Assembly: GCA_028716965.1 (NCBI GenBank)
Contig: JAQUOV010000005.1
Location: 7,009 to 71,008, forward strand
Length of the DNA stretch: 64,000 nucleotides
Direction of reading: 5' to 3'
Origin: Candidatus Omnitrophota bacterium
GTDB taxonomy: Bacteria; Omnitrophota; Gorgyraeia; Gygaellales; Profunditerraquicolaceae
The notes below the pieces were generated by a model. It was not told the origin of the DNA and did no database searches. It was given only the letters and a program-made list of their open reading frames with translations. The position numbers were made by a program, and so were the translations under genes. This document shows positions 19,531 through 29,683 of the stretch, in pieces. Each line of letters opens with the position of its first letter. Within the stretch, counting starts at the first letter, position 1.

Positions 19531-20376
19531 ATGACTGTAAACGAAATAAAAAATCTGAAGGGCAGGCGCAAGATCACCATGTTAACCGCTTATGATTACC
19601 CTATGGCAGAATTAGTTGACCGGGCCGGTATAGATATGATCCTGGTAGGCGATTCCCTGGCTAATGTGGTCCTGGGGCTTGATTCAACCACCAAGGTCGG
19701 CATGGCGGAGATGCTGCACCATACAAAAGCCGTCAGAAGAGGCGTAAAGAACTCGTTGCTTATTGCAGATATGCCATATAATTCCTACCAGCTTGACCCC
19801 GGTGAATCCGTCAAAAACGCGCAACGCTTCCTCAACGAAGCAGGGGCGCAGGCAGTAAAAGTAGAGTGGTTTGAGCAATGTTTAGAGGTAACCGGCAAGA
19901 TTATCAAAGCAGGCATACCCGTAATGGGGCATATCGGCCTGACTCCGCAGACCGCGGATAAGATCGGAGGTTTTAAGGTCCAGGGCAGAGAGGCAAAAGC
20001 TGCCCGCATCCTGATTGAACAGGCAATAGAGCTGGAAAAACAAGGATGCTTTGCCATAGTCCTGGAATGCGTGCCGGATAAGATTGCCGCTCTGATTACC
20101 GGTAAGATAAAAATACCCACAATCGGTATCGGCGCCGGGGCATATTGCGACGGACAAGTCCTGGTTATTAACGACATGCTCGGGTTATTTGCGCGCCATA
20201 CCCCTAAGTTCGTCAAGAAGTACGCCGACCTTTCACCGCTGATCTTAAAAGCAGTGGAAGATTTTAAAAATGAGGTCACCCAGGTTAAATTCCCTGACAG
20301 CCAATACTCCTTCAGCATCAAGGAAGAAGAGCTTAAGAAAATTGAAGCGCTGGAGATAAAACAAGATGGCAACTAA
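19531..20376 (+). CDS. panB: 3-methyl-2-oxobutanoate hydroxymethyltransferase
   Basis: KPHMT motifs (MLTAYDYPMA, VGDSLANVVLG, GHIGLTPQ). Confidence 0.9.
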   Translation: MTVNEIKNLKGRRKITMLTAYDYPMAELVDRAGIDMILVGDSLANVVLGLDSTTKVGMAEMLHHTKAVRRGVKNSLLIADMPYNSYQLDPGESVKNAQRFLNEAGAQAVKVEWFEQCLEVTGKIIKAGIPVMGHIGLTPQTADKIGGFKVQGREAKAARILIEQAIELEKQGCFAIVLECVPDKIAALITGKIKIPTIGIGAGAYCDGQVLVINDMLGLFARHTPKFVKKYADLSPLILKAVEDFKNEVTQVKFPDSQYSFSIKEEELKKIEALEIKQDGN

Positions 20377-21082
20377 AAAAACCCTTAAGCTGGTAAGTAA
20401 AGTTATCGTATTAGGTTTTTGCCTGGTTTTTATTATCAAGTTCGCAGGGCAAAATATCTTAAGGCAATATATCATCTACGGCATTGGCGACTGCAAGAAT
20501 ATCCCTGTGCTCTGCAAGCAACCGGATGAAAAAACTTTAACTCCCGAAATCAACGAAGAATACATTAACAGCTTAATCCCGCAGGTATTCCCTAAAATGT
20601 CAATCTCCATACCCAAGGGCTTTAACATAGTGCAGGAACTGATCAAAAGGAGATACTACAAGAAAAAACAGCCGGAGAATAACGCTATGATTTACCTCTT
20701 GCGCCAGGAACCGGGCGCCTTTATCAAGCTTTATCCGGATGTAAAAAAACAGGGTATATCCAATAATTATGAGTTTATCCGCAGGCTCATGTACGCCAAC
20801 CTTAACAAAATAAATAATATTACCGATGCCTTTTTTATTATCATGAAAAGCGTCTTTACTCCGGATATCGGACCGCAAAGCATCTGCCGGATGGTCGAAT
20901 TCAAGCTGGGGGAAAAAAGGGGCTTTGTCAACTACACTATGGCCAGGCCGAATAATTATTTTGACTGCAATGTACTTGATGCCAAAGGGAATTTTTTTAA
21001 GGTGTACATCCGGGATGCCGGCGCCAGGCTGGATTTGAACAAGGTGTTCGCGATAATTTCAACGCTGAAACCAATAGACTAA
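20366..21082 (+). CDS. Hypothetical membrane-anchored protein
   Basis: 238 aa. N-terminal hydrophobic helix. No recognisable motif. 11-nt overlap with the panB stop. Confidence 0.4.
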   Translation: MATKKTLKLVSKVIVLGFCLVFIIKFAGQNILRQYIIYGIGDCKNIPVLCKQPDEKTLTPEINEEYINSLIPQVFPKMSISIPKGFNIVQELIKRRYYKKKQPENNAMIYLLRQEPGAFIKLYPDVKKQGISNNYEFIRRLMYANLNKINNITDAFFIIMKSVFTPDIGPQSICRMVEFKLGEKRGFVNYTMARPNNYFDCNVLDAKGNFFKVYIRDAGARLDLNKVFAIISTLKPID

Positions 21083-21255
21083 ACACTAACCCTGCCTCGT
21101 AAACTCGGCAGGATTTCGCTAAATAGTTATGGGTGCTCAAAATCTTCTTGCTCTTTAAGTTTTATTGTGTTAAAAATGAATAACTTGGGTTTGCTTAATG
21201 AAATACTTGAGCGGCTACGCTAGTTTAATCTTTAGAGGCGAAAGTATAAAAGACT

Positions 21256-22560
21256 ATGGCAGAAAATTTGATGGATAAAGTTGTTTCCTTATGTAAGCGC
21301 AGAGGGTTTATTTTTCAAAGCAGCGAAATCTACGGGGGATTGTCCAATACCTGGGATTACGGCCCTTACGGAGTAGAGCTTAAAAATAACCTTAAACGCG
21401 CCTGGTGGAAAGCCAATGTCTACGAACGCAATGATATCCTGGGCATGGACTCGGCTATACTGATGCATCCTTTAACATGGGAAGCAAGCGGGCATGTACA
21501 GAACTTTTTTGACCTGAAGAGCGATTGTAAAAACTGCAAAAAACGTTTTAAGAGCGCAGACTTAAAAGATAAATCCCATTGCCCGGAATGCTCCGGTGAG
21601 CTTACCGAATCCCGGCCGTTTAACTTAATGTTTAAGACTCATCAGGGACCGGTTGAAGATGATTCAAATATAATATATATCCGTCCGGAAACAGCCCAGG
21701 GGATGTTCGTCAATTTCCTGAATATCCTCGATGCGCGGCACCCCAAACTTCCTTTCGGCCTGGCGCAAATCGGAAAATCATTCCGCAATGAAATAACCCC
21801 GGGTAATTTTACCTTCCGGACCCGCGAGTTTGAACAGATGGAGATTGAATATTTTGTAAAACCATCCGATGCAGAGAGGGCGCTTGAGGAATGGATAGAA
21901 TACCGTTTTAACTGGTATTTGACGCTCGGCATAAAGAACGAAAACTTAAGAAAACGCCAGCATGGCAAAGATGAGCTGGCGCATTATGCCCACGCCTGCC
22001 TGGACGTGGAATATAACTTCCCTTTCGGCTGGTCGGAGTTAGAGGGGATCGCCAACCGTTCGGATTTTGATTTAAAACAGCACGCTCAATACAGCGGGAA
22101 AGACCTGCGCTATTTTGATGATGCGTCAAAAGAAAAATTCTACCCATATATCATAGAGCCTTCGGGTGGAGTTGACCGGGCGCTTTTGGCATTCTTAATT
22201 GACGCCTATCATGAAGAAAAAGTCAAGGATGACAAACGCGTAGTTTTGAAAATCCACAAAGACCTTGCCCCCACAAAAGTGGCGGTGCTGCCGCTTTTAC
22301 GCAACAGGCCGGAGATCACGGATTTAGCCAATAAGATATGCCTGGACCTGAAGAAATCCATGGCCGCCGTTTATGATGATACCGGCTCTATCGGCAAGCT
22401 TTACCGCAGGCAGGATGAGGTAGGCACGCTATATTGCATAACCGTAGATGTACAAACATTAGAAGATAAGCAGGTAACTGTGCGCAGCAGGGATACCATG
22501 TTACAGGAAAGGATTCCGGCAGACAGACTAAAAGAATATTTAACCAAACAACTTTGTTAA
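21256..22560 (+). CDS. glyQS: Glycine--tRNA ligase (alpha2 dimeric type)
   Basis: 434 aa. Motifs (FIFQSSEIYGGLSNTWDYGPYG, GLAQIGKSFRNEITP, class II motif 3 region). Confidence 0.9.
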   Translation: MAENLMDKVVSLCKRRGFIFQSSEIYGGLSNTWDYGPYGVELKNNLKRAWWKANVYERNDILGMDSAILMHPLTWEASGHVQNFFDLKSDCKNCKKRFKSADLKDKSHCPECSGELTESRPFNLMFKTHQGPVEDDSNIIYIRPETAQGMFVNFLNILDARHPKLPFGLAQIGKSFRNEITPGNFTFRTREFEQMEIEYFVKPSDAERALEEWIEYRFNWYLTLGIKNENLRKRQHGKDELAHYAHACLDVEYNFPFGWSELEGIANRSDFDLKQHAQYSGKDLRYFDDASKEKFYPYIIEPSGGVDRALLAFLIDAYHEEKVKDDKRVVLKIHKDLAPTKVAVLPLLRNRPEITDLANKICLDLKKSMAAVYDDTGSIGKLYRRQDEVGTLYCITVDVQTLEDKQVTVRSRDTMLQERIPADRLKEYLTKQLC

Positions 22561-22605
22561 ATAATCATTATTAACAAAGCATCAGAAAGGAAGGGTTTAA
22601 AAGTA

Positions 22606-25344
22606 ATGGCAAAGAAATACGTTTACAGTTTTGGCGGCGGTAAAGCAGATGGCAACGAAAGCATGAAGAACCTCCTGGGCGGAAAAGGCGCTAACCTTGC
22701 CGAGATGGCCGGGAACAAAGACCTGATGCTGCCGGTGCCTCCGGGATTCACCTGTACCACAGAGGTCTGCACATATTATTACCAGCATAAAAAGAAGTAC
22801 CCTAAAGAGTTAAAATCCCAGGTAGAAAAAGCCCTGGAAAAAGTGGAAAGATTAATGGGTAGGAAATTCGGTGATGCCAACAACCCGTTATTATTTTCCG
22901 TGCGTTCCGGAGCCAGAAAATCCATGCCCGGAATGATGGAGACTGTTTTAAATGTCGGTTTGACTGAAAAAACTATCCCCGGGTTAATTAAACAGAGCGG
23001 CGCCAACAGCCGTTTTGTTTACGACGCTTATCGCCGCCTGATTATGATGTATTCCGATGTAGTTATGGAAAAGGCTGCCGGCATTGAGCCAAAAGGCGAA
23101 GAGGGGATCCGCAAGCAGCTGGAAAAAGTAATGGCTGATTTAAAAAAATCAAAAAACTACAGCAGTGATACGGATTTAAATGTTGAGGACTTAAAAAAGC
23201 TCTGCTCTCAATTCAAAGTTAAAATCAGGGAAGTTTTAAACAAAGAGTTCCCGGATGAACCTATGGAACAGTTGTGGGGCGGCATCGGCGCGGTATTTTC
23301 CTCCTGGAACGGAAAGCGCGCAATAAGCTACCGCAGGATTGAAAATATCCCGGATGCCTGGGGCACGGCGGTAAACGTACAAACCATGGTCTTTGGAAAT
23401 ATGGGCAATGATTCGGCAACCGGCGTAGCCTTTACGCGCAATCCGGGAAACGGCGAAAATAATTTCTACGGCGAATACCTGATTAATGCCCAGGGCGAGG
23501 ACGTAGTTGCGGGTATCCGCACACCGGCACCGATTAATGAATACTCCACCAGCTCCCATAACAAGGATCTGCTGACCCTGGAAAAAGCAATGCCGAAGAT
23601 TTATAAAGAACTTTATTCCATTCAGAACCGCCTGGAAAAACATTACCATGATATGCAGGATATTGAGTTTACCATTGAAAAAGGGAAACTTTTTATGCTG
23701 CAGTGCCGCATAGGCAAACGCAATGGTCCGGCAGCGGTACGCATGGCGGTAGAGATGGTTAAAGAGAAAATGATCAAGAAAGAACAGGCGGTAATGCGGG
23801 TCACTCCCTCACAGCTTGATGAGCTGCTTCATCCGATTATCGACCCGAAAACAGAATTAGGCGTAAAACCTTTTGCCAAAGGCCTGCCGGCCGGACCCGG
23901 AGGCGCCTGCGGTCAGATTGTTTTCTCTTCAAACGAGGCGGTAGAATGGGCAAAAACAGGCAAACAGGTAATCCTGGTAAGGGAGGAAACCAACCCGGAA
24001 GACGTTGAAGGTATGCGCGCAGCCCAGGCAATCCTTACCGCCCGCGGCGGGATGACTTCACATGCGGCATTAGTGGCCCGCGGTTGGGGTAAATGTTGTA
24101 TTGTAGGATGCAGCGCCATGCATGTAGATATAGAGAAGAAATTTGTACAGGTGGGTGATAAAACGCTCAAGGAAGGCGACTGGATCACCTTAAACGGCAC
24201 CAAAGGCAATGTCTATGAAGGTAAACTGCCGATGATGGATGCCTCCGAAGAAAACACAGTCCTCTCGGAATTCTTAAAAATGTGCGATGCTGTAAGAAGA
24301 TTAGGCATCCGCACCAACGCAGATACCCCGGAAGACGCCCTGAAAGCGCGCCAGTTCGGGGCAGAAGGTATCGGGCTTTTCCGCACTGAACATATGTTCT
24401 ACGGCAAAGGCGCTGACCAACCGCTCTTCTTGCTGCGCAAAATGATTGTTTCAAATACCATTGAAGAAAGGCAGAGGGCGCTTGACGAATTATTCCCCTT
24501 TGTAAAAAAAGATATTAAAGGCACCATTGAAGCCATGGATGGGTTCCCGGTTGTCATACGCCTGCTTGACCCGCCGTTACACGAATTTGTTCCACGCGAA
24601 CAGGCAAAGCTTGAACAACTCGCAAGCGACTTAAAGATCAGTATGCAGGAACTGTCCAAAAGGGCGGAGGCCTTGCATGAATCAAACCCCATGATGGGCC
24701 ATCGCGGCGTGCGCCTAGGGGTTACTTATCCTGAAGTAAGCTCCATGCAGATCCGCGCTATCCTTGAATCGGCTGCCGAACTGCTCAAAGAAGGAAAGCA
24801 CCCTTACCCGGAGATCATGATCCCGGTTGTCTGTGATGTGAAAGAACTTGAAGACCAGCTCGTTATTGCCGAGAAGATCTATAAAGAGGTACTTGCAAAA
24901 TACGGGTTAAAGAAGATCAAGCATCTTTTTGGGACAATGATCGAAATCCCGCGCGCGGCTTTTGTAGCGGATAAACTGGCGACTGTAGCCAAATTCTTCT
25001 CTTTCGGGACTAATGATATGACCCAGATGGGTTTTGGTTTTTCAAGAGATGATATAGGCGGGTTCCTGCCGGATTACCTCAAAAAAGGCATTTTGCCGGA
25101 AGACCCGTTCCAGAGCATTGACCAGGAAGGGATCGGCCAGCTGATTAAAATGGGCATTACCCGCGGCCGCTCAACCAACAAAAACCTTGAGGTCGGCATC
25201 TGCGGGGAGCACGGAGGTGAACCTAAATCCGTAGAATTCTGCCATAAAGCAGGGATGGACTATGTCAGTTGTTCGCCATTCAGGGTACCGATTGCGAAAT
25301 TAGCGGCGGCTCAGGCTGCGCTAAAAAACAAAGAAAAGAAATAA
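22606..25344 (+). CDS. ppdK: Pyruvate, phosphate dikinase
   Basis: 912 aa. ATP-grasp N-terminus. Phosphohistidine domain (GGMTSHAALVARGWGK). PEP-utilising TIM barrel (GLFRTEHMF, FSFGTNDMTQ). Confidence 0.95.
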   Translation: MAKKYVYSFGGGKADGNESMKNLLGGKGANLAEMAGNKDLMLPVPPGFTCTTEVCTYYYQHKKKYPKELKSQVEKALEKVERLMGRKFGDANNPLLFSVRSGARKSMPGMMETVLNVGLTEKTIPGLIKQSGANSRFVYDAYRRLIMMYSDVVMEKAAGIEPKGEEGIRKQLEKVMADLKKSKNYSSDTDLNVEDLKKLCSQFKVKIREVLNKEFPDEPMEQLWGGIGAVFSSWNGKRAISYRRIENIPDAWGTAVNVQTMVFGNMGNDSATGVAFTRNPGNGENNFYGEYLINAQGEDVVAGIRTPAPINEYSTSSHNKDLLTLEKAMPKIYKELYSIQNRLEKHYHDMQDIEFTIEKGKLFMLQCRIGKRNGPAAVRMAVEMVKEKMIKKEQAVMRVTPSQLDELLHPIIDPKTELGVKPFAKGLPAGPGGACGQIVFSSNEAVEWAKTGKQVILVREETNPEDVEGMRAAQAILTARGGMTSHAALVARGWGKCCIVGCSAMHVDIEKKFVQVGDKTLKEGDWITLNGTKGNVYEGKLPMMDASEENTVLSEFLKMCDAVRRLGIRTNADTPEDALKARQFGAEGIGLFRTEHMFYGKGADQPLFLLRKMIVSNTIEERQRALDELFPFVKKDIKGTIEAMDGFPVVIRLLDPPLHEFVPREQAKLEQLASDLKISMQELSKRAEALHESNPMMGHRGVRLGVTYPEVSSMQIRAILESAAELLKEGKHPYPEIMIPVVCDVKELEDQLVIAEKIYKEVLAKYGLKKIKHLFGTMIEIPRAAFVADKLATVAKFFSFGTNDMTQMGFGFSRDDIGGFLPDYLKKGILPEDPFQSIDQEGIGQLIKMGITRGRSTNKNLEVGICGEHGGEPKSVEFCHKAGMDYVSCSPFRVPIAKLAAAQAALKNKEKK

Positions 25345-25363
25345 AACTCCCGGGGCCAAGAAA

Positions 25364-26179
25364 ATGGAAGCACTAAAAACATACCTTAAAGAAGTCCGGC
25401 AAATCCCGCTTTTAACCCCAAAGCAGGAGATTGAGTTAAATAAAAAAGTCCGCCGCGGGGATGAGATAGCGCGCAAAGATATGATCCGCGCCAACCTGCG
25501 CCTGGTGATCAATATCGCCAAAAGATACATGCGCCTGGGAACACCTTTTCTGGACCTGATCGAAGAGGGCAACCTTGGGCTAATGAAGGCGGTAGAAAAA
25601 TTTGACCACCGCAAAGGTTTTCGTTTTTCAACCTACGCCGCCTGGTGGATCAAGCAGGGGATTACGCGCTCAATCAGCGAACAGGGCAAGATGATCCGCG
25701 TGCCGGTATATATGAATGACCTGATCAGTAAATGGAAAAAGTGCAGGGAGCAATTAAGCCAGAAGTTAAAACGTATTCCCTCTGATCAGGAGATCGCCAA
25801 AAAATTAAAACTTTCTCCCGAAAAGATAGAAAAAATTAATTTCTGGATGTCCAGTACCACCTCTTCGCTCGAAGCGCCTATCGGAGAAGACAATGATAAC
25901 CAGATGTCGGAATTAGTGGGAGACAAAACTACCGCCCCGCCGGATGCCGAGATCGAACATCTGCTTGACCGCGAAAGGGTAGATAACCTCTTAGAGGTCA
26001 TGTCTGAAAGGGAAAGACAGATCCTGGACCTGCGTTTTGGCCTAAGCAATGCCAAGCCGCAGACACTGGCAGAGGTTGCGAAGAGAATGGGTGTCTCGCG
26101 TGAAAGGATCCGCCAGATTGAAGAAGCAGCCTTAAGAAAATTAAAGAAATTCGTCATCGGACAGGAGAAGGAACTATGA
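25364..26179 (+). CDS. RNA polymerase sigma factor, sigma-70 family (compact RpoD/RpoS-like)
   Basis: 271 aa. Region 2 (DLIEEGNLGLMKAVEKFD...FSTYAAWWIKQGI), region 3 and region 4 HTH (LAEVAKRMGVSRERIRQIE). Lacks region 1.1. Confidence 0.85.
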   Translation: MEALKTYLKEVRQIPLLTPKQEIELNKKVRRGDEIARKDMIRANLRLVINIAKRYMRLGTPFLDLIEEGNLGLMKAVEKFDHRKGFRFSTYAAWWIKQGITRSISEQGKMIRVPVYMNDLISKWKKCREQLSQKLKRIPSDQEIAKKLKLSPEKIEKINFWMSSTTSSLEAPIGEDNDNQMSELVGDKTTAPPDAEIEHLLDRERVDNLLEVMSERERQILDLRFGLSNAKPQTLAEVAKRMGVSRERIRQIEEAALRKLKKFVIGQEKEL

Positions 26180-26709
26180 AAAATATCTGTTTTTTGGAAC
26201 AGTCCATAAGAAACATACCTGATTTCCCCAAGCCCGGGATACTGTTCCGCGATGTTACTACTTTAATCCAGAACAAGTCGGCATTTAAAAAATCCATTGA
26301 CTTACTGGCCAAGAAATATAAAGGTAAGAAGATTGACAAAATAGTCGGGGTGGAGGCGCGCGGCTTTATCTTTGGCGCGGCATTAGCGCATAAAATAGGG
26401 GCGGGGTTCGTGCCGGTGCGCAAGAAAGGAAAACTGCCCTATAAAACCATCTCCACAACCTACGAGCTGGAATACGGCACTGATACCCTTGAAATCCACA
26501 AAGACGCCATCTGCGCGGGAGAAAAAATCCTGATCATAGATGATCTTTTAGCTACCGGCGGAACAGTCCAGGCAGTAGTTGAACTGGTAAAACAGCTGCG
26601 GGGCAAGATAGTAGGGATAGGATTCATTATTGAGCTGGTCGACCTGCACGGCAGGAACAAATTGAAAGGATACCCCTTATTTTCTTTGGTCAAGTTTTGC
26701 GGTGAATGA
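26176..26709 (+). CDS. apt: Adenine phosphoribosyltransferase
   Basis: 177 aa. PRTase motif VGVEARGFIFG and PRPP loop ILIIDDLLATGGT. Confidence 0.9.
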   Translation: MKNICFLEQSIRNIPDFPKPGILFRDVTTLIQNKSAFKKSIDLLAKKYKGKKIDKIVGVEARGFIFGAALAHKIGAGFVPVRKKGKLPYKTISTTYELEYGTDTLEIHKDAICAGEKILIIDDLLATGGTVQAVVELVKQLRGKIVGIGFIIELVDLHGRNKLKGYPLFSLVKFCGE

Positions 26710-26716
26710 TCAATCT

Positions 26717-26790
26717 GCCCCTGTAGCTCATAAGGATAGAGCAGCAGTTTCCTAAACTGCGTGCGGCAGGTTCGATTCCTGCCAGGGGCA
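26717..26790 (+). tRNA. tRNA-Arg (anticodon CCT)
   Basis: 74-nt cloverleaf read by eye. Acceptor GCCCCTG/CAGGGGC. D arm GCTC..GAGC. Anticodon stem GCAGT/ACTGC with loop TTCCTAA. T arm GCAGG TTCGATT CCTGC. Discriminator A. CCA not encoded. Confidence 0.85.
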
Positions 26791-26819
26791 TTAAAACTAT
26801 TGGCAGGAAATATACGGTT

Positions 26820-26870
26820 CGCACTTGCTCGTTCTACTCGCAAGTGTCCTTGCTTAAAACGCAAGGATTT
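26820..26870 (+). terminator. Two consecutive hairpins after tRNA-Arg (putative terminator of apt-tRNA transcript)
   Basis: Hairpin A: CACTTGC/GCAAGTG with 11-nt loop. Hairpin B: TCCTTGC/GCAAGGA with 7-nt loop, followed by TTT. Confidence 0.4.
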
Positions 26871-26921
26871 CACTAGACGAAGTCTTAAGGTGTTCAATTT
26901 CGATAGAAAAAGATTACAGGT

Positions 26922-27635
26922 GTGTTCAAAATGTACGATTATAATTTACACGCGCATACATTTTTAAGTGACGGAGACCTCCTGCCTTCCGAAGTAGCCG
27001 TGCGCTATCAGGATAAGGGCTACAAAGCAATTGCCATAACCGACCACGCAGATTACAGCAATATCAAACAAGCGGCCAAGGCAATTGTTGAATTCTGCAG
27101 GCGCTGGCCGAAGAATTCACAAATCAGGGTGCTGCCGGGAATTGAATTAACCCATTTGCCTCCGGAACAATTTAAACCCCTGGCCAGATTAGCCAGGAAA
27201 GAAGGGATCAAAATTATTATTGCCCACGGGGAAACTCCGCTTGAGCCGGTAGCAAAAGATACTAACCATCTGGCTTTAATGGCTGATATTGATATCCTGG
27301 CGCACCCCGGGTTAATTTCCGATGAAGACGCGAAACTTGCTAAACAGCGCGGGGTATTCCTTGAGGTTACCAGCCGCCGCGGCCACAATCAGGCTAATGC
27401 CCACGTAATCAAACAAGCCAGAAAATACGGGGCAAAGCTGATTTTAAATAATGACAGCCACACTCCGGAAGATATTATTTCGCCGGAGGCACTGGTCAAG
27501 GCGGGGATGGATTCAGGCCTCTCCCAGGATGAAATTGACGAAATTTATGAGAATGTTAAAAAATTATTAACTAAAAAAGCCTGCCGGCCGGCAGGCAGGA
27601 CTGCCGAAGGCAGTCAGGGAGGGAAGATAAGATGA
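26922..27635 (+). CDS. PHP-domain metal-dependent phosphoesterase
   Basis: PHP signature YNLHAHTFLSDGDL and ITDHADYS. Confidence 0.7.
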   Translation: MFKMYDYNLHAHTFLSDGDLLPSEVAVRYQDKGYKAIAITDHADYSNIKQAAKAIVEFCRRWPKNSQIRVLPGIELTHLPPEQFKPLARLARKEGIKIIIAHGETPLEPVAKDTNHLALMADIDILAHPGLISDEDAKLAKQRGVFLEVTSRRGHNQANAHVIKQARKYGAKLILNNDSHTPEDIISPEALVKAGMDSGLSQDEIDEIYENVKKLLTKKACRPAGRTAEGSQGGKIR

Positions 27636-28102
27636 AGGCTGGAAAACTCTTTTTCCTATCTGCTACATTTTGCGTTCTGGCTGTTTTACTTGCTGGTTGC
27701 TCAACTTTATCGGACAATAGCAGTGCCAAAACCGCCAATCCCGGGATACTTGAACCACAGGCAATCCTGAAGTTTAGCGATGTACCGGTACCTGTAGGAT
27801 TAAAAAGCCTGCCTAACCAGTCATACTCCTTTGAAAGCTCGGGAGTACGCGTAGGGGTATTAAAATACCAGGGGAAAAATAACCCTGACCAGGTAGTTAA
27901 TTTTTACAAGGAGCAAATGGCCATGTACAATTGGAACCTGGTAAACATAGTTGAATACGGCCAAAGGCTACTGAACTTTGAGCGGGATAATGAAACCTGT
28001 ATTATCACCATGGAGCCAAAAGGGAGCACCGTCATTTTAATCATTTCATTAGGCCCTAAATCACAGATTGCGGCTAAAAAAGCCAAGTCTCCTGTAAAGT
28101 AA
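27632..28102 (+). CDS. Hypothetical lipoprotein
   Basis: Signal peptide with lipobox LLAGCST. No recognisable family. Confidence 0.4.
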   Translation: MKAGKLFFLSATFCVLAVLLAGCSTLSDNSSAKTANPGILEPQAILKFSDVPVPVGLKSLPNQSYSFESSGVRVGVLKYQGKNNPDQVVNFYKEQMAMYNWNLVNIVEYGQRLLNFERDNETCIITMEPKGSTVILIISLGPKSQIAAKKAKSPVK

Positions 28103-28255
28103 ATAGGGTTTATTGATCGGAATAAAAAACTCTTGACAATTAAAGAGTTATAGGTAAAATATCTGTAAGTAACTTGAGAAAATTATCCTAGGCAATATCG
28201 TTATTGGCCTAGTTAACTATATAAAAACAGTTAACAAAAAAGGAGGAGTAAAAAC

Positions 28256-29614
28256 ATGGGTAAACGCTTGATTTTGGTATTAGCGCTTGCTTTGGTAGTC
28301 GGGCTGACATTCAGCGCCGCCTACGCCGAAGTACAGAATGTAAAGGTATCCGGAGATATCATTGCCAGTGGAGTTGTAAGAAGCCATTTTCCTCTGACTG
28401 CAGCTACTCCCGGAGACAAGAGTGTATTAAAACAAAGCTTCATTATGACCCAAACAAGGGTTCGCGTTGACGCAGATCTTACTGACAATGTCATGGCTAC
28501 CGTAAGATTAATCAACGAAAGAATCTGGAACGGCCAGAATGACACAGGTGTAAGCAACAACAATAACACAAATATTGATTTGGATTTAGCGTATGTTACC
28601 TTAAAAGAGTTTCTGTATTCTCCTTTGACCTTAACCGTAGGCCGCCAGGAAATCAAGTTCGGCAATGGTTTGGTTATTGGAAAATCAGCTGCTTCAACCG
28701 GCACTACCAGTATACCTACTGATCTATCCGAAAGACGCGCATTTGACGCAATCCGCGCGACCTTGGATTATGATCCGCTCGTAGTTGACCTGATATATGC
28801 CAAAGTAAGGCAGACCACCACCACTGATAGGAACGACATCGTATTATCAGGTGTTAATGCCACATACGCTTTAAATAATAAGAACAATATTGCCGCTTAT
28901 TATTATTTAAAGAATGATGATTATAAGGCTAACACTAGCTCTACACCTAAAGCTGACCAGGTAAATACAGTTGGGGTTTTGCTTACCAGCAACCCGATTG
29001 AGAACCTGACCGCATCATTGGAAACCGCTTATCAATTCGGTAAAAATGGTGTTGGAACAACTGCACCACAAATGGATCAGAAAAGCCACTCTGCCTGGGC
29101 TTTACAGGCAATGGCAGATTACACCTTTGTTAAAGTCAAGACAACACCTAAGGTTGGCGTTTCTTATACCTATCTTTCCGGAAGAGACAACAGCAATGGT
29201 ACCGTAAACGAAGGTTGGGATCCTATGTTCTACGATCAGGCGCTTAACAATATCGCCTATGCGCTTCTGCCTTTTACAAATATGAGCGTTGTCAACTTAA
29301 AGGCAAGCTGCAAACCGGTTGAGGATGTTACATTAGCTGCCAACTATGGCTACTATGATGTTGCGCAGAAAAATGGCGGGACACTTACCAGCCCGACCAC
29401 CTATGATGGGGCATCTACTTATTTAAATGGAGTTAACTATACCGGTAAATCACATCTTGGCGATGCTATTGATGTGACCGCTATCTATGATTATACCGAA
29501 GATGTGCAATTCGGCTTAACTGCCGGTTTATTTAGGTCAGGAAACGCATTAACAATATCTTCTGACAAACAGGTTGCACAGCAGGTAATCGGTTCCATGA
29601 AGGTCACATTCTAA
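28256..29614 (+). CDS. Putative outer-membrane beta-barrel protein (porin-like)
   Basis: Signal peptide (ALALVVGLTFSAAYA). Alternating amphipathic beta-strand pattern rich in Y/T/G. C-terminal aromatic residue (…KVTF) typical of OMPs. Confidence 0.55.
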   Translation: MGKRLILVLALALVVGLTFSAAYAEVQNVKVSGDIIASGVVRSHFPLTAATPGDKSVLKQSFIMTQTRVRVDADLTDNVMATVRLINERIWNGQNDTGVSNNNNTNIDLDLAYVTLKEFLYSPLTLTVGRQEIKFGNGLVIGKSAASTGTTSIPTDLSERRAFDAIRATLDYDPLVVDLIYAKVRQTTTTDRNDIVLSGVNATYALNNKNNIAAYYYLKNDDYKANTSSTPKADQVNTVGVLLTSNPIENLTASLETAYQFGKNGVGTTAPQMDQKSHSAWALQAMADYTFVKVKTTPKVGVSYTYLSGRDNSNGTVNEGWDPMFYDQALNNIAYALLPFTNMSVVNLKASCKPVEDVTLAANYGYYDVAQKNGGTLTSPTTYDGASTYLNGVNYTGKSHLGDAIDVTAIYDYTEDVQFGLTAGLFRSGNALTISSDKQVAQQVIGSMKVTF

Positions 29615-29638
29615 TACAACTTATGTAGAAACACTAAA

Positions 29639-29670
29639 CCCTCGGGAGAGCTTTTCTCCCGGGGGTTTTT
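29639..29670 (+). terminator. Rho-independent terminator after OMP gene
   Basis: 11-bp stem CCCTCGGGAGA/TCTCCCGGGGG with 5-nt loop, followed by TTTTT. Confidence 0.65.
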
Positions 29671-29683
29671 ATTTAATTTAAAT

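Noticed and set aside
21083-21255. Possible T-box leader upstream of glyQS
   Set aside because: No AGGGTGGNACCGCG T-box sequence or specifier-loop architecture visible. Only a weak hairpin.
26791-26921. Possible integration site or mobile-element boundary at tRNA-Arg
   Set aside because: No integrase or recombinase, and no duplicated tRNA 3' end nearby. The two hairpins are better read as terminators.
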